A stretch of DNA of 64,000 nt from Betaproteobacteria bacterium SG8_41 (GCA_001303585.1 LJTT01000007.1:74031-138030), one strand, 5' to 3'; numbered from the stretch's first letter, positions 35,486 to 47,674 are shown. Numbers and translations are program-made. The notes: generated from the letters alone by a model not told the origin.

Positions 35486-37657
35486 TCAGGCGAGCGTGAA
35501 ATCGATCTTGCTCGTGTCCAGGTCTACGCGTACCAGTGTGACTTCGACGCGGTCGCCCAGACGAAAACGCTTGCGCGTGCGCTCTCCCATCAGCTGATGC
35601 TTCGCTGCATCGAAGTGGAAGTAGTCATTGCCCAATTCCGAGACATGCACCAGACCTTCGACATAAACTTCGTCGAGCGCAATGAACGCGCCAAATGCCG
35701 TCACGCCGCTGATCGTGCCTGTGAACGTCTCGCCGATCCGGTCCTTCATGTAATAGCATTTGAGCCAGGCCACAACATCGCGTGTTGCGTCATCCGCCCG
35801 ACGCTCGGTCATCGAACAGTTAAGACCGAGCTCATGCCAGTTTCCCGGATCATAGCGCCGTTTCTGGAGCACTGCCTTGATCGCGCGGTGCACGAGCAGG
35901 TCAGGATAGCGCCGGATCGGGGATGTGAAGTGGGTGTACGACTCATAGGCAAGACCGAAATGGCCCACGTTGTCGGGACTGTACACCGCCTGTTGTAAAG
36001 AGCGGAGCATCACGGTCTGCAACAGCTGCGCGTCCGGCCGGTCCTTCACGCGCGCCAGCAGCTTGGCGTAATCACGCGCGTGGGGATCATCTCCGCCGTC
36101 GATCTGCAAGCCAAAACTGCCGAGGAAATCGCGCAGTGCGGCAAGCTTCTCCGGCGTCGGCCCCTCGTGAATACGGTAGAGCATCGCCTGGCGGTGACTG
36201 CGCAGGAAGTCTGAGGCGCAAACGTTCGCAGCCAGCATGCACTCCTCGATCAGGCGATGCGCGTCATTGCGCACGACCGGAACGATGCGCTCGATCTTGC
36301 CGCGGTCATCGAAGATCATCTCGGTCTCGATGGTTTCAAAATCGATCGCGCCGCGCCTCGCCCGAGCCTGCGCGAGTCGTTGGTAGAGCCGGTAGAGCGC
36401 CTTGATGTGGGGCAGCAGCCCCCGATGCCGCCGCGCCGCCTCGCCGCGCTCGCTTTCCAGCATGGCCCCGACCTCCGTGTAGGTCAGCCGGGCGTGCGAG
36501 TTTATGACCGCCGGGAAGAACTCATAGGACTCGATCTCCCCGTCGGCGCCGATCTCCATGTCGCACGCCATCGACAGGCGGGGCACCTTGGGGTTGAGCG
36601 AGCACAGGCCGTTCGAGAGTTTCTCTGGCAGCATCGGGATCACGCGCCGCGGAAAGTAGACGGAATTGCCGCGTAGTCGCGCCTCGAGGTCGAGGGCGTC
36701 CCCGTGCTTCACGTAGTGGCTCACGTCCGCGATCGCGACAACCAGCCGGAAGCGGCCGTTGGCGCCCTTGCCCAATGGCTCACAATAGACGGCGTCGTCG
36801 AAATCTTTCGCGCTCTCCCCATCGATGGTGACCAGCGGCAAATGCGTGAGGTCCGTGCGTCCCGAATGCTCCTCGGCCCTGATCCGGTCGGGAAGTCTCG
36901 CGCAAAGACGCTCGGCCTGGCGCGAAAACAGGTACGGCAGCGCGTGCTTGCGCAGCGCAATCTCGATCTCCATGCCCGGATCCGCGTAGGTTCCGAGCAC
37001 CTCGACGATCCGGGCCACTGGCTGCGCGTGCTTGGAGGGCTGCGCGACAATCTCGGCCGTGACAACCTGTCCCGGCTTTGCCCCGCGCGCTTCATGGGGC
37101 GGTATGAGCAACTCATGACTCAGGCGCTTGTCCTCGGCCGTCACGAACAGGATGCCGTGCTCCCGATGCAGCCGTCCAACCACATGCTGCTGACCACGCT
37201 CCAGCACCTCGACGACCTTGCCCTCCGGGCGTCCCCGCCGGTCGGTCCCGGCGATGCGGCACACGGCGCGGTCACCATGCATGAGCTGATGCATCTCCTT
37301 GGGCCCGAGGAAGAGATCGGGACCCCGATCATCTCGCACGAGAAATCCAAAGCCATCGGGATGACCCTGCACCCGTCCCCGCACGAGGTCGAGCTTCGCA
37401 ACAACGCAGATCGCCCCGCGGCGATTGCGCATGATCTCGCCCTCTCTCTCCATCGCGGCAATGCGTCGCGCAAACCCCTCACGCTGGTGAGCGTTGATGC
37501 CGAGCAAGCGCTCGAGCTCCGTCTCCCGGATGGGCACGCCGCAATCAGTCAGCCGCTCGAGTATCTGTTCTCGGCTGGGCACCTCGTACGCGTGACGAGG
37601 GGTGCGCTCCCTGCGTTTGCGCGGAGCAGCGGCCTTGTGTGCTTTGCGTTGATTCAT
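35486..37657 (-). CDS. rnr: Ribonuclease R
   Basis: 723 aa with an RNB catalytic region (DGESAKDFDDAVY, RGNSVYFPRRVIPMLP) and a C-terminal S1 domain (GTISGVTAFGAFIAL). Confidence 0.95.
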   Translation of the reverse strand: MNQRKAHKAAAPRKRRERTPRHAYEVPSREQILERLTDCGVPIRETELERLLGINAHQREGFARRIAAMEREGEIMRNRRGAICVVAKLDLVRGRVQGHPDGFGFLVRDDRGPDLFLGPKEMHQLMHGDRAVCRIAGTDRRGRPEGKVVEVLERGQQHVVGRLHREHGILFVTAEDKRLSHELLIPPHEARGAKPGQVVTAEIVAQPSKHAQPVARIVEVLGTYADPGMEIEIALRKHALPYLFSRQAERLCARLPDRIRAEEHSGRTDLTHLPLVTIDGESAKDFDDAVYCEPLGKGANGRFRLVVAIADVSHYVKHGDALDLEARLRGNSVYFPRRVIPMLPEKLSNGLCSLNPKVPRLSMACDMEIGADGEIESYEFFPAVINSHARLTYTEVGAMLESERGEAARRHRGLLPHIKALYRLYQRLAQARARRGAIDFETIETEMIFDDRGKIERIVPVVRNDAHRLIEECMLAANVCASDFLRSHRQAMLYRIHEGPTPEKLAALRDFLGSFGLQIDGGDDPHARDYAKLLARVKDRPDAQLLQTVMLRSLQQAVYSPDNVGHFGLAYESYTHFTSPIRRYPDLLVHRAIKAVLQKRRYDPGNWHELGLNCSMTERRADDATRDVVAWLKCYYMKDRIGETFTGTISGVTAFGAFIALDEVYVEGLVHVSELGNDYFHFDAAKHQLMGERTRKRFRLGDRVEVTLVRVDLDTSKIDFTLA

Positions 37658-37697
37658 TTGATAAATGCGGCGCCTTCAGCTAGAATCGCGCGCTCAC

Positions 37698-37784
37698 GCC
37701 CAGGTGGCGGAATTGGTAGACGCACCAGGTTCAGGTCCTGGCGCCAGCAATGGTGTGGGGGTTCGAATCCCTTCCTGGGCACCA
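37698..37784 (+). tRNA. tRNA-Leu (anticodon CAG), class II with long variable arm, CCA encoded
   Basis: Acceptor GCCCAGG pairs with CCTGGGC. Anticodon stem CCAGG/CCTGG with loop TTCAGGT. T-arm GGGGGTTCGAATCCC. 3' ACCA. Confidence 0.9.
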
Positions 37785-37796
37785 CTCCTTTGATCT

Positions 37797-37874
37797 TAAA
37801 TTATGAATTTTGAATGTTGAATTGCAGCGCACTTCATTCGACATCGAACATTTGACATTCAAAATTTAACATTG
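37797..37874. repeat. Heptad-periodic two-arm element between tRNA-Leu and the purA stop
   Basis: TGAAT at 37804, 37811 and 37818. CAT in register at 37835, 37842, 37849, 37856 and 37870. The arms are partly complementary. Confidence 0.75.
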
Positions 37875-39179
<1,305 letters not shown>

Positions 39180-39248
39180 TTACCGCTGGAACACGAAAAG
39201 CGCACCACGATTATGCTCCGCTTTGCGGGCTCTTCGCGCCTTTATGGT

Positions 39249-40412
39249 TCATGAATTCATCCGTTTGAGTACCCATTTGCCGTTGCGCTTCTCGAGCCTG
39301 CGATTGCAGCCGAATTCGCCTCGCGTGCCGGCATGTCCTGGAAGATCATCGATCACGACCTGTCCACGAGCCCGCAATGTTTCAACGGCACGTTGCAGCG
39401 AGGCGTCAGCTGGCCGGTACGGTGCGAGCACGGCCGCCCTCGCTACTCCGTTGGGGCTCGACGAGACAAGCTCGCGAAGGTCCATGCTGAACCCGGTCGC
39501 GGACCGCGCGCGCCCGAAGGCCTTGCCGACTTCGTCGTAACGCCCGCCCAGCGCCAGCGCGTTTGACCAGCCTTCGGCGTAGGCCGCAAACACAACGCCG
39601 CTGTGATAGTGATAGCCGCGCAACTCCGCCAGATCGAAGCAGCGAATGACCGCCACGTCCCGCAGTTTCCGGGAAAGCGCCTGTAACCCCGCAAGTGCCG
39701 AGCGGATCTCAGGGTAATCGGGCAACAGCTTGCGCGCCCGGGTAATGATCCCGGTTTCGCCGTAGAGCTCCGGCAGAGTCATCAGCGCCTTGCGGGTCGC
39801 AGGCGCAAGTCCGCGCACAAGCCCGCGCAAAGCCGGCACATCCTTCGCCTGCGTCGCCCGGAAAAGCTCCGCCTCAAGCTCGGCTCGAACGCCACCACGC
39901 CGGATCACGCTGCGAAAAATCGCCACATGGCCGATCTCGAGGTAACAGCGTTTGATACCGGCAGCCGCAAGCGCCCTCATCAGCAGACGCTGGATCTCGA
40001 CATCGCTCTCGATGCCGGCGTGACCGTAGAGCTCGGCGCCGATCTGCAGCGGCTCCCGCGTGCGGTTCATTCCCGATGGCAGCGTGTGCAGCACGCTGCC
40101 CGTGTAGCAAAGGCGCGTGACGCCCTTGCGGTTGAGAAGATGAGCATCGATGCGGGCGACTTGGGGCGTAATGTCGGCTCTTACCCCGAGCATGCGCCCC
40201 GACAGCCGGTCCACCAGCTTGAACGTCTTCAGGTCCAGATCATGCCCCGTGCCGGTAAGCAGGGACTCCACGTACTCCAGCAACGGCGGCATGACGAGCT
40301 CATAGCCGTGCGTGCGGAAGAGATCGAGAATGCGGCGGCGCAGCCGCTCGATGCGCGCGGCCTCGGCCGGAAGTATGTCCTCGATATATTCGGGCAGCGC
40401 CCAGGCGCGCAT
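39249..40412 (-). CDS. hisZ: ATP phosphoribosyltransferase regulatory subunit HisZ
   Basis: HisRS paralog lacking an anticodon domain: WALPEYIEDILPAEA...YELVMPPLLEY. Conserved position before purA. Confidence 0.85.
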   Translation of the reverse strand: MRAWALPEYIEDILPAEAARIERLRRRILDLFRTHGYELVMPPLLEYVESLLTGTGHDLDLKTFKLVDRLSGRMLGVRADITPQVARIDAHLLNRKGVTRLCYTGSVLHTLPSGMNRTREPLQIGAELYGHAGIESDVEIQRLLMRALAAAGIKRCYLEIGHVAIFRSVIRRGGVRAELEAELFRATQAKDVPALRGLVRGLAPATRKALMTLPELYGETGIITRARKLLPDYPEIRSALAGLQALSRKLRDVAVIRCFDLAELRGYHYHSGVVFAAYAEGWSNALALGGRYDEVGKAFGRARSATGFSMDLRELVSSSPNGVARAAVLAPYRPADASLQRAVETLRARGQVVIDDLPGHAGTRGEFGCNRRLEKRNGKWVLKRMNS

Positions 40413-40525
40413 GTCTAGAGCCAGGAGTAAAAGCTGAGGATTCGCAGACCGGAACCGACGGGATTATAGAGAAAAACGGCGACGCTCCTTACGCGCCAGA
40501 CCCCGATCGCGCAGTTTTTGGCGCA

Positions 40526-40714
40526 TCAATGACGCACAAGCAGCAACAGCAGCAGGCCGGCCAGCATCGAGGTCAGGCCGACAAAACGGATTTGCCCATC
40601 GGACATCGCTATCAATTTTCGAAAGGTCTCGCGCCATAGAGCGGGCATCAGGAAGGGAAGCACCCCCTCGATGATGAGCATGAGAGCGAAGGCCGTTAGC
40701 AGGATACTGCCCAT
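40526..40714 (-). CDS. Small membrane protein, DUF2065/YjeT-like
   Basis: 62 aa with two TM helices. Conserved position after hflC. Confidence 0.7.
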   Translation of the reverse strand: MGSILLTAFALMLIIEGVLPFLMPALWRETFRKLIAMSDGQIRFVGLTSMLAGLLLLLLVRH

Positions 40715-40767
40715 GGAGATCTCGGCAACGGCGGCCCGGGGTACGCTCCCATCTGCCCGGCGACCCG

Positions 40768-41646
40768 CTACTTGCCGGGATTGCCACCTGACTTGAGATA
40801 CTTGAAGAAATCCGAACTCGGGTCGATCACCAGCAGATCGTTCTTGTCCTTGAAGCTTCCTCTGTACGCTTCGAGGCTGCGGTAGAACGCGTAGAATTCG
40901 GGGTTCGGCTCGTAGGCGCGCGCATAGGTCGCCGTCGCCCTGGCGTCGCCTTCACCCTTGATTTTCTCCGCTTCACGGTAAGCTTCCGCCACGATCACCT
41001 CGCGCTGCCGGTCAGCGTTGGCCCGGATCTTTTCGGACTCGGCGGCACCGGTGGAACGCAATTCGTTCGCGACCCGTTTGCGCTCCGCTTCCATCCGGCG
41101 ATACACCGATTCGCTCACCTCCTGCGGGAGGTCCACGCGTTTGAGCCTGACGTCGAGCACCTTGACGCCGATTTTGACGGCATCCTCGTTCGCCTTCGCG
41201 CGCATCAGGTCCATGATCTGGTCACGCTCGCCTGACACCACCTCGTGCACGGTGCGATTGCCGAACTCCGCGCGCAGGCCGTCGTTGATGGTCTGCAGCA
41301 ATCGGGTCTGCGCAAGCGACTCATTGCCCTGCACGCTAACGTAGAACTGCCGCACGTCGGTTATCCGCCACTTGATGAACAGATCGACCAGCACGTTCTT
41401 CTTTTCCGAGGTCAGGAACCGCTCCGGCTCGGGCGTATCGATGGTGAGAATCCGCACGTCGAAGGTGCGCACATTGTCGACCAGGGGCACCTTGAGATAG
41501 AGGCCCGGCTTCGTCTTGACGCCGACCACCTCACCCAAGCGGAATACAATCGCGTTCTCCCTCTGGTCGACCACGAAAACGCTCAGGGAAGCGATGATCA
41601 AGAGGACCACCGCGCCAACGACTACCGCGCCGAAATAGGCTCTCAT
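40768..41646 (-). CDS. hflC: Protease modulator HflC (SPFH domain)
   Basis: N-terminal TM helix then a band-7 domain. Overlaps hflK by 1 nt. Confidence 0.92.
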   Translation of the reverse strand: MRAYFGAVVVGAVVLLIIASLSVFVVDQRENAIVFRLGEVVGVKTKPGLYLKVPLVDNVRTFDVRILTIDTPEPERFLTSEKKNVLVDLFIKWRITDVRQFYVSVQGNESLAQTRLLQTINDGLRAEFGNRTVHEVVSGERDQIMDLMRAKANEDAVKIGVKVLDVRLKRVDLPQEVSESVYRRMEAERKRVANELRSTGAAESEKIRANADRQREVIVAEAYREAEKIKGEGDARATATYARAYEPNPEFYAFYRSLEAYRGSFKDKNDLLVIDPSSDFFKYLKSGGNPGK

Positions 41647-42815
41647 CAGCGCCCCTCCCGCGCGCGCGAGCGGAACGCCTCGCGCGAACGCGCAGTCGAC
41701 GCGTCTGGCGACGGCGCCTGCTCCACCGGCTTCGACTTCGCATCAGCCGCACTCCCGCGTGACATTTCCATGATCTTGTCCAAGGGCAGGTAGGTCAGGT
41801 TGCTCCCGCCCTTCTGGTCAATCATCACTTTGGTCGTGTTGCTCATGATCTCCTGCATAGCCTCGATGTAGAGCCGCTGACGCGTAACCTGCGGCGCCTT
41901 GTTGTACTCGGCCAGAATCTGGCGGAAGCGCGCGGCGTCACCTTCGGATTGCTCGATCACGCGCTGACGATAGCCCTCCGCTTCCTGCTGCAAGCGTGCC
42001 GCCATCCCGCGCGCCCTCGGGATAACGTCGTTGGCGTAGGCTTGCCCTTCGTTCTTCTGCCGCTCCCGGTCCTGCCCGGCCTTGACCGCATCATCGAACG
42101 ACGCCTGCACCTGCTCCGGCGGCTGCGCGTTTTGCATGGTGACCTTGCTGATGTTGATGCCCGTGCCGTAACGGTCGAGGATCTCCTGCATCAGCTTGTG
42201 TGCGCGCGCCGCAACCTCTGCCCGGCCCTCGAACACCACAAAGTCCATGCTGCTCTTGCCCACGATCTCCCGGACCGCCGTCTCCGCCGCCTGCAGCACC
42301 GCGTCATCCGGTGACCGGCTGTTGAAGAGGTAGTCGGTCGGGCTCTTCAGCACGTACTGAACTGCGAACTGAACGTCGACGATGTTCTCGTCGTCAGTCA
42401 GCATCAGGGATTCCTTGAGCACCTTGCTTTTCACATTGTTGCGGTAGCCGACCTCGACGGTGCGCACCTGGTCGAGGTTCACTACCTCGGCTGACTCGAC
42501 CGGATACGGCAGGTGCCAGCGCGGGCCGGGCATTGTCGTTGCCGAATACTTGCCAAAGAGCAGCACGACCCCGCGCTGGCCTTCGTTCACGATATAGAAG
42601 CCGCTCGCGAGCCACACCACGACGATAAGCCCCAGCAGCAGCCCAGCCCCGCCGCCGAAACGCTTCACATCACCCCCGCGCGGCGGCTCGTCGCCTCCTC
42701 CGCCGCGTCGGCCGAAGAGATTGTTCAGCTTGCGGTTGAACTCCCGCAGGATCTCGTCCAGGTCCGGCGGCCCTTGATTGGGGCGCCGGCCCCACTGTGG
42801 ATCGTTAAGCGACAT
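41646..42815 (-). CDS. hflK: Protease modulator HflK (SPFH domain)
   Basis: MSLNDPQWGRRPNQGPPDLDEILREFNRKL, then a TM helix and band-7 domain. The ORF track starts at 42884. Confidence 0.92.
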   Translation of the reverse strand: MSLNDPQWGRRPNQGPPDLDEILREFNRKLNNLFGRRGGGGDEPPRGGDVKRFGGGAGLLLGLIVVVWLASGFYIVNEGQRGVVLLFGKYSATTMPGPRWHLPYPVESAEVVNLDQVRTVEVGYRNNVKSKVLKESLMLTDDENIVDVQFAVQYVLKSPTDYLFNSRSPDDAVLQAAETAVREIVGKSSMDFVVFEGRAEVAARAHKLMQEILDRYGTGINISKVTMQNAQPPEQVQASFDDAVKAGQDRERQKNEGQAYANDVIPRARGMAARLQQEAEGYRQRVIEQSEGDAARFRQILAEYNKAPQVTRQRLYIEAMQEIMSNTTKVMIDQKGGSNLTYLPLDKIMEMSRGSAADAKSKPVEQAPSPDASTARSREAFRSRAREGR

Positions 42816-42902
42816 GAGCGCGCCGAGCAATCGCAGCGAGCCGTCCCGAACGGTTCCGCCAAATGTCTTGAGGTATGCGAGCATAATCGGAGCTGATAGG
42901 TT

Positions 42903-44033
42903 TCAGGCCGCAGCCGTTTGGTTGATTTGGGCGGGCGCAAGTGCCTGGTCAACATACTCCTCGAGGGCGAGGCGCACACCCTCTATACCGTCGCCCGTTT
43001 TTGCGCTGACCCAGACGCGCGAAATTCTACCATACTGATCGCGCTCAACCCGGGCCGGAAGCCGCGTGAGATCGATTTTGTTCATGACGAGCACCTGTGG
43101 AATCTCCTCTGCGCCGATTTCCGCCAAAACCTGATCCACCGCTGCAATCTGCGCAGCCCGATCGGCACTGCTTGCGTCCACAACGTGCAGCAACATACTG
43201 GCTTCGGCCGTTTCTTCAAGCGTGGCGCGAAAAGCGGCGACCAGCGTGTGCGGCAGCCGGCGGATGAACCCGACCGTATCAGACAGCGCGACACCCGCCC
43301 CGTTTGCCGTGTGTACACGGCGCGTCGTTGTGTCCAGCGTTGCGAACAGGCGGTCCATCGCGAAAACATCGGCCCGCGCGATCCGGTTGAACAGTGTGGA
43401 TTTGCCTGCGTTGGTGTAACCGACAAGCGACGCTTGCAGGAGATTCGACCGCCTGCGCGCGCGACGCTGCACCGTGCGCTGGGCGCGCACCTTCGCCAAC
43501 TTCTCCTTCAGCACCTTGACGCGTTTTCCAAGGAGCCGCCTGTCGGTCTCGAGCTGGGTTTCACCCGGTCCTCTCAAGCCAATACCCCCCCGCTGGCGCT
43601 CCAAGTGGGTCCATCCTCGCACGAGACGCGTCGCCAGGTGCTCGAGTTGAGCGAGCTCAACCTGAAGTTTGCCCTCATGGGTGCGCGCGCGCTGCGCAAA
43701 AATGTCCAGGATCAGGCTCACCCGGTCGACGACCCGGCAATCGAGCGCGCGCTCGAGGTTGCGCTCCTGTATCGGAGAGAGCTCGTGATTGAAGATCACG
43801 AGCCGGGCACCGCTTTCAGCAACCACCCGCCTGATCTCCTCGACCTTGCCTTTACCAGCGAAGAAAGCCGCGTCCGGTCGCGCGCGCCGGCCCTTGACGA
43901 GCGCACGCGCCATGACCCCGGCGCTGGATGCCAGCAGCTGAATTTCTTCCAGCCCTTCCGCGTAATCGGCCGCGCCCAAGTCGAGGCCGACCAGCACCGC
44001 GTCGGTGCCAGTGCCGGGACGATCAAACATCAA
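42903..44033 (-). CDS. hflX: GTPase HflX
   Basis: G-domain GYTNAGKST, DTVGF, NKID, and an HflX-type N-domain. Confidence 0.92.
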   Translation of the reverse strand: MMFDRPGTGTDAVLVGLDLGAADYAEGLEEIQLLASSAGVMARALVKGRRARPDAAFFAGKGKVEEIRRVVAESGARLVIFNHELSPIQERNLERALDCRVVDRVSLILDIFAQRARTHEGKLQVELAQLEHLATRLVRGWTHLERQRGGIGLRGPGETQLETDRRLLGKRVKVLKEKLAKVRAQRTVQRRARRRSNLLQASLVGYTNAGKSTLFNRIARADVFAMDRLFATLDTTTRRVHTANGAGVALSDTVGFIRRLPHTLVAAFRATLEETAEASMLLHVVDASSADRAAQIAAVDQVLAEIGAEEIPQVLVMNKIDLTRLPARVERDQYGRISRVWVSAKTGDGIEGVRLALEEYVDQALAPAQINQTAAA

Positions 44034-44051
44034 ACAACGGGGATAGCGGCA

Positions 44052-44291
44052 TCAACCGTCGGAACTCTGGTCGGCCTGGAGGTTGACGGCGCGGGCCGGC
44101 ACGACGGTCGAGATCGCGTGCTTGTAGACCATCTGCGTGACCGTGTTCTTGAGCAGGACCACGTATTGGTCGAACGAGTCGATCTGACCCTGGAGCTTGA
44201 TGCCGTTGACGAGGTAGATCGATACAGGGATGTGCTCCTTGCGCAGGGTGTTCAGGAACGGGTCTTGTAGCAACTGCCCTTTATTGCTCAT
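44052..44291 (-). CDS. hfq: RNA chaperone Hfq
   Basis: [49 protein letters not shown]. Confidence 0.98.
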   Translation of the reverse strand: MSNKGQLLQDPFLNTLRKEHIPVSIYLVNGIKLQGQIDSFDQYVVLLKNTVTQMVYKHAISTVVPARAVNLQADQSSDG

Positions 44292-44360
44292 ATAAGCCTC
44301 ATCGTTATCGTGTTTTTGCTGGTACCACTCTACTCGCTTTTATGCAATTACGCCATGGGG

Positions 44361-45701
44361 TTATCGCCGGGAAGCGACCCGCCGGGCGTAGGGATTCGCG
44401 CCACCCCGGAACTCCACCTGTAGCGGAGTGCCCTGGAGTTGGAAAGCTTCCCGGAAGAAACGTTCCAGATAGCGGCGGTAAGCCTCGGGCACGTGGTCGA
44501 GCGCGTTGCCGTGGACGATGATGCGGGGCGGGTTGACGCCTCCCTGGTGAGCGTAGCGCAGCTTTGGCCGGATGGCGCCCGACCGGGGCGGAGGCTGCTG
44601 TGCCACGGCCAGCGCGAGCGCCCGGCTCAGCCGCGGCGTGGGAAGGCGCGCCATGGCCGCCGCGTAGGCCCCGTCTACCGATTTCAGGAGAGACGGGATT
44701 CCCTGCCCGGTCAGGGCCGAGATGAAATGCAACCGCGCAAAAGCCAGGAAATTAAGCTTGCGCACCAGCGTGCGCTTGGTCAAATCGCGATCTTCCTCCG
44801 ACAGTTTCTCCCACTTATTGACAGCGATCACCACGGCGCGTCCCGCCTCCAGCACGTATCCGGCGATGTGTGCGTCCTGCTCAGCAATCTCCTCGCTCGC
44901 GTCGAGCACCAGAATCGCGACGTTCGCATCCTCGATGGCGCGCATCGTCTTCAGCATCGAGAACTTTTCTGTGCCCTCGGTAACCCGCCCGCGCCGGCGC
45001 AATCCCGCGGTATCAATGAGGGTATAGCGGCGGGAGCCGCGCTCGAAATCGATGTAGATGGAGTCCCGCGTGGTTCCGGGCTGGTCGAAAACGATCATGC
45101 GCTCCTCGCCAACGAGGGCATTGACCAGCGTGGACTTGCCCACGTTGGGCCGCCCCACCACCGCGATCTTGGGATGCCTCTCCTCGCGCGGTGGCGCCTC
45201 CTCCTCATCGGGCAGCCCGGCCAATACGTGCTCCATGAGGGCGGTGACGTTGTCACCGTGCGCGGACGATACTGAAACTGGATCGCCGATGGCGAGAGCG
45301 TGAAACTCGGCGCAGGCGATGGCTGGATCCATGCCCTCGGCCTTGTTGACTACCAGAAATACTCGACGGCCGCTGCGCCGCAACTCCGACGCGATCGCAC
45401 GGTCCTGCCCGACGAGCCCTGCACGCGCATCGACCACGAACAGCACCGCGTCAGCCTCGTCCAGCGCCTGGCGGGTCTGCCGCGCCATCTCATGCAAAAT
45501 GCCCTCGCTTGCCACCGGCTCGAAACCGCCCGTATCCACGACGAGATAGGGTTTTCCGCCAACGCGCCCGCGACCGTAATGGCGGTCGCGTGTCAAACCG
45601 GCAACGTCCGCGACGATCGCATCGCGGCTGCGCGTGAGCCGGTTGAAGAGCGTGGACTTGCCCACGTTCGGCCGGCCCACGATGACGATGATGGGAAGCA
45701 T
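44361..45701 (-). CDS. der: Ribosome-biogenesis GTPase Der (EngA), tandem G domains
   Basis: Two [10 protein letters not shown]-loops and a KH-like C-terminus. Confidence 0.95.
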   Translation of the reverse strand: MLPIIVIVGRPNVGKSTLFNRLTRSRDAIVADVAGLTRDRHYGRGRVGGKPYLVVDTGGFEPVASEGILHEMARQTRQALDEADAVLFVVDARAGLVGQDRAIASELRRSGRRVFLVVNKAEGMDPAIACAEFHALAIGDPVSVSSAHGDNVTALMEHVLAGLPDEEEAPPREERHPKIAVVGRPNVGKSTLVNALVGEERMIVFDQPGTTRDSIYIDFERGSRRYTLIDTAGLRRRGRVTEGTEKFSMLKTMRAIEDANVAILVLDASEEIAEQDAHIAGYVLEAGRAVVIAVNKWEKLSEEDRDLTKRTLVRKLNFLAFARLHFISALTGQGIPSLLKSVDGAYAAAMARLPTPRLSRALALAVAQQPPPRSGAIRPKLRYAHQGGVNPPRIIVHGNALDHVPEAYRRYLERFFREAFQLQGTPLQVEFRGGANPYARRVASRR

Positions 45702-45805
45702 GTTAGAAGGGCTCTACCGCAAAGGCGCGAAGACGCGAAGGAACACAAAAATACGTGAAGCTTTGCGTTCTCTTTGCGCCTCGGCGTCTTGGCGGTTTTC
45801 TTAAG

Positions 45806-46963
45806 TTACTGGACGGTGATCGCGAAAACGCCGCCGTTTTCCGTCTGCACGACGAAGCTGGTCCGGTCAAGCGCCACCGGCGGCGCCATGATGGCGCTGC
45901 CATCCGTTGGAAGGCGGGCCTCGAACGCGCCATTTTCGCGCGAGATCACGTGCACGTAACCCTCGATATCGCCGACGATGACATGCCGGCCAATGCTCAG
46001 GGGCGCACTCAGCCTGCGGCCGGCGAGCTTATCCTGCTTCCAGATGCTCGTTCCATTTGTCTTGTCCAGGGCCAGCACCGCGCTCTTGTCGTCGGTGACG
46101 TAAGCATAGCGCGCGTCGAGCGCGAGCCCTGCGACACTGGAGACTTCGCGCGACCAGCGCTGAGTGCCGCGAATCAGGTCGAAGCACGCGATCCGGCCCT
46201 GAAAAGCGACGGCGCACACTTGCGTCGCGTCGACCGCCGGAACGCTGGTGATATCGGCGACGCGCTCGAGCTCCGTCGTGCCCTGCGGCAGCGCAACGAC
46301 ACCCTCCCATCCGACAGCGCCAGTGGGGAGCGCCAGAGCTATCAGGCGACCGCCGGCGAAACCGGCAAATACGCCCCCGCGGTACAGCGCCACGCCCGCG
46401 TGCGCGCGCACTGACAGACTGGGCGTCCTGCGCTGATACACCCAGCGTCGTTTGCCATCGGCAGCATTCAGGCCGTGGATCTGATTGTCACCGACGCGCA
46501 CGACCACGACCCCCTGGTCGGCTTCCGGGGGCGCCAATAGTTCGCCCAGTATTTGCGCTTTCCAAACAGAACGGCCCTGGTCGTTGAATGCCAGTATCTC
46601 CCCGTTGTCGGCCCCAACCAGTATCAGACCGCTGCCGACGCCGACGCCGGTGGCGATGCGCGTCCCGGCTTCAAAGCGGCTGACGCTATTTCCGGTCGCC
46701 GCGTCAAAACCCGCGATCTGGCCCGCTCTGCCCGCTGCATAGACCACGCCGTTGGCCGCGGCGGGGAAAAACACGCTCTTCTCGGCTGCGCCGACATTCG
46801 CCTGCCACAGGATCCGCGCGGTCGCAGTCGGCTTGATGGGCGCCAGTTCCGGAATCTTTGGCTTGGAGCTGCCAAAAACCCGGTCGTACGCGTCCCCCAT
46901 CGTCTGGCAGCCGCACAGCAAGACGACAGCAACCGCGACGAGCGCGTTGCGCGCGCGTATCAC
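45806..46963 (-). CDS. bamB: Outer-membrane assembly lipoprotein BamB
   Basis: Lipobox LLCGC, PQQ-like beta-propeller repeats, conserved yfgM-bamB-der order. Confidence 0.88.
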   Translation of the reverse strand: MIRARNALVAVAVVLLCGCQTMGDAYDRVFGSSKPKIPELAPIKPTATARILWQANVGAAEKSVFFPAAANGVVYAAGRAGQIAGFDAATGNSVSRFEAGTRIATGVGVGSGLILVGADNGEILAFNDQGRSVWKAQILGELLAPPEADQGVVVVRVGDNQIHGLNAADGKRRWVYQRRTPSLSVRAHAGVALYRGGVFAGFAGGRLIALALPTGAVGWEGVVALPQGTTELERVADITSVPAVDATQVCAVAFQGRIACFDLIRGTQRWSREVSSVAGLALDARYAYVTDDKSAVLALDKTNGTSIWKQDKLAGRRLSAPLSIGRHVIVGDIEGYVHVISRENGAFEARLPTDGSAIMAPPVALDRTSFVVQTENGGVFAITVQ

Positions 46964-47595
46964 CGGGCCTCACCCAACGAATCGAGTTTCAGCTGAAGCG
47001 TTGCCCGATAAGGGCTGTCCGCCTGGCTCTTGTCGAGCGCCAACTGATAGGCACTGCGCGCCTCCGGCACCTTCCCCTGGGCGAGGAAGATGTCGCCCTT
47101 GAGGTCGGCGTAAAGTCCCGTCATAGCGTCCACCGGCTTCGTTTCAAGCGTTTTCAATGCCTCATCGTACTTTTTCTCGTCGAGCAGAACGGCGGCCAGC
47201 CGCAGCCGCGCCACGTCGCGAATCTCCTCTTCTCGCGCATGCTCGGTGACCCATTGGAGGCGCGCCTTGGCTTCGACCAGATCGCCACCGGCAAATGCGT
47301 GCCGTGCGGCAACAAGCGAAGCCAGTACCGCGTAGGCGGTCGAGCCATACTTGTCCACGATCTGTGCCGCGATAGCGCGCGCCTTCTTGCCATCGCCCGC
47401 CTGATCGGCCCGCTCAAGCTGTCCGTAGAGCGTGACGGCGGCCGTTGCCTGGGTAGCGCGGTAATAACGCCAGCCCTGAAACGCCGTCAGGCTGGCAAAA
47501 AACGCCACGACAACCAGTATCACGAGCTTGCCGTGCCGCTTCCACCACGCCTTCAGCTCGTCGAGTTGTTCCTGCTCCGCATGATCGTATGCCAT
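46960..47595 (-). CDS. YfgM-like TPR membrane protein (ancillary SecYEG-associated)
   Basis: MAYDHAEQEQLDELKAWWKRHGKLV, then a TM helix and TPR-like repeats. 4-nt overlap with bamB. Confidence 0.8.
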   Translation of the reverse strand: MAYDHAEQEQLDELKAWWKRHGKLVILVVVAFFASLTAFQGWRYYRATQATAAVTLYGQLERADQAGDGKKARAIAAQIVDKYGSTAYAVLASLVAARHAFAGGDLVEAKARLQWVTEHAREEEIRDVARLRLAAVLLDEKKYDEALKTLETKPVDAMTGLYADLKGDIFLAQGKVPEARSAYQLALDKSQADSPYRATLQLKLDSLGEAR

Positions 47596-47674
47596 CTCTT
47601 ATCCTAACTACGCGATTCGTGAATGTTGAGCCGAAAAACCGCAAAACCGGCTTCGCGCTTCCGCGAGCCACGAT

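Noticed and set aside
37698-37874. Genomic island or prophage integrated at tRNA-Leu.
   Set aside because: No integrase, no phage genes and no repeat of the tRNA 3' end. The next gene is housekeeping purA.
45702-45805. bamB-der spacer with partially inverted CGAAGACGC/GCGTCTTGG segments, considered as a possible heptad-family member.
   Set aside because: The GAA register is not consistently 7 nt and the complementarity is patchy, so I could not support it as a member.
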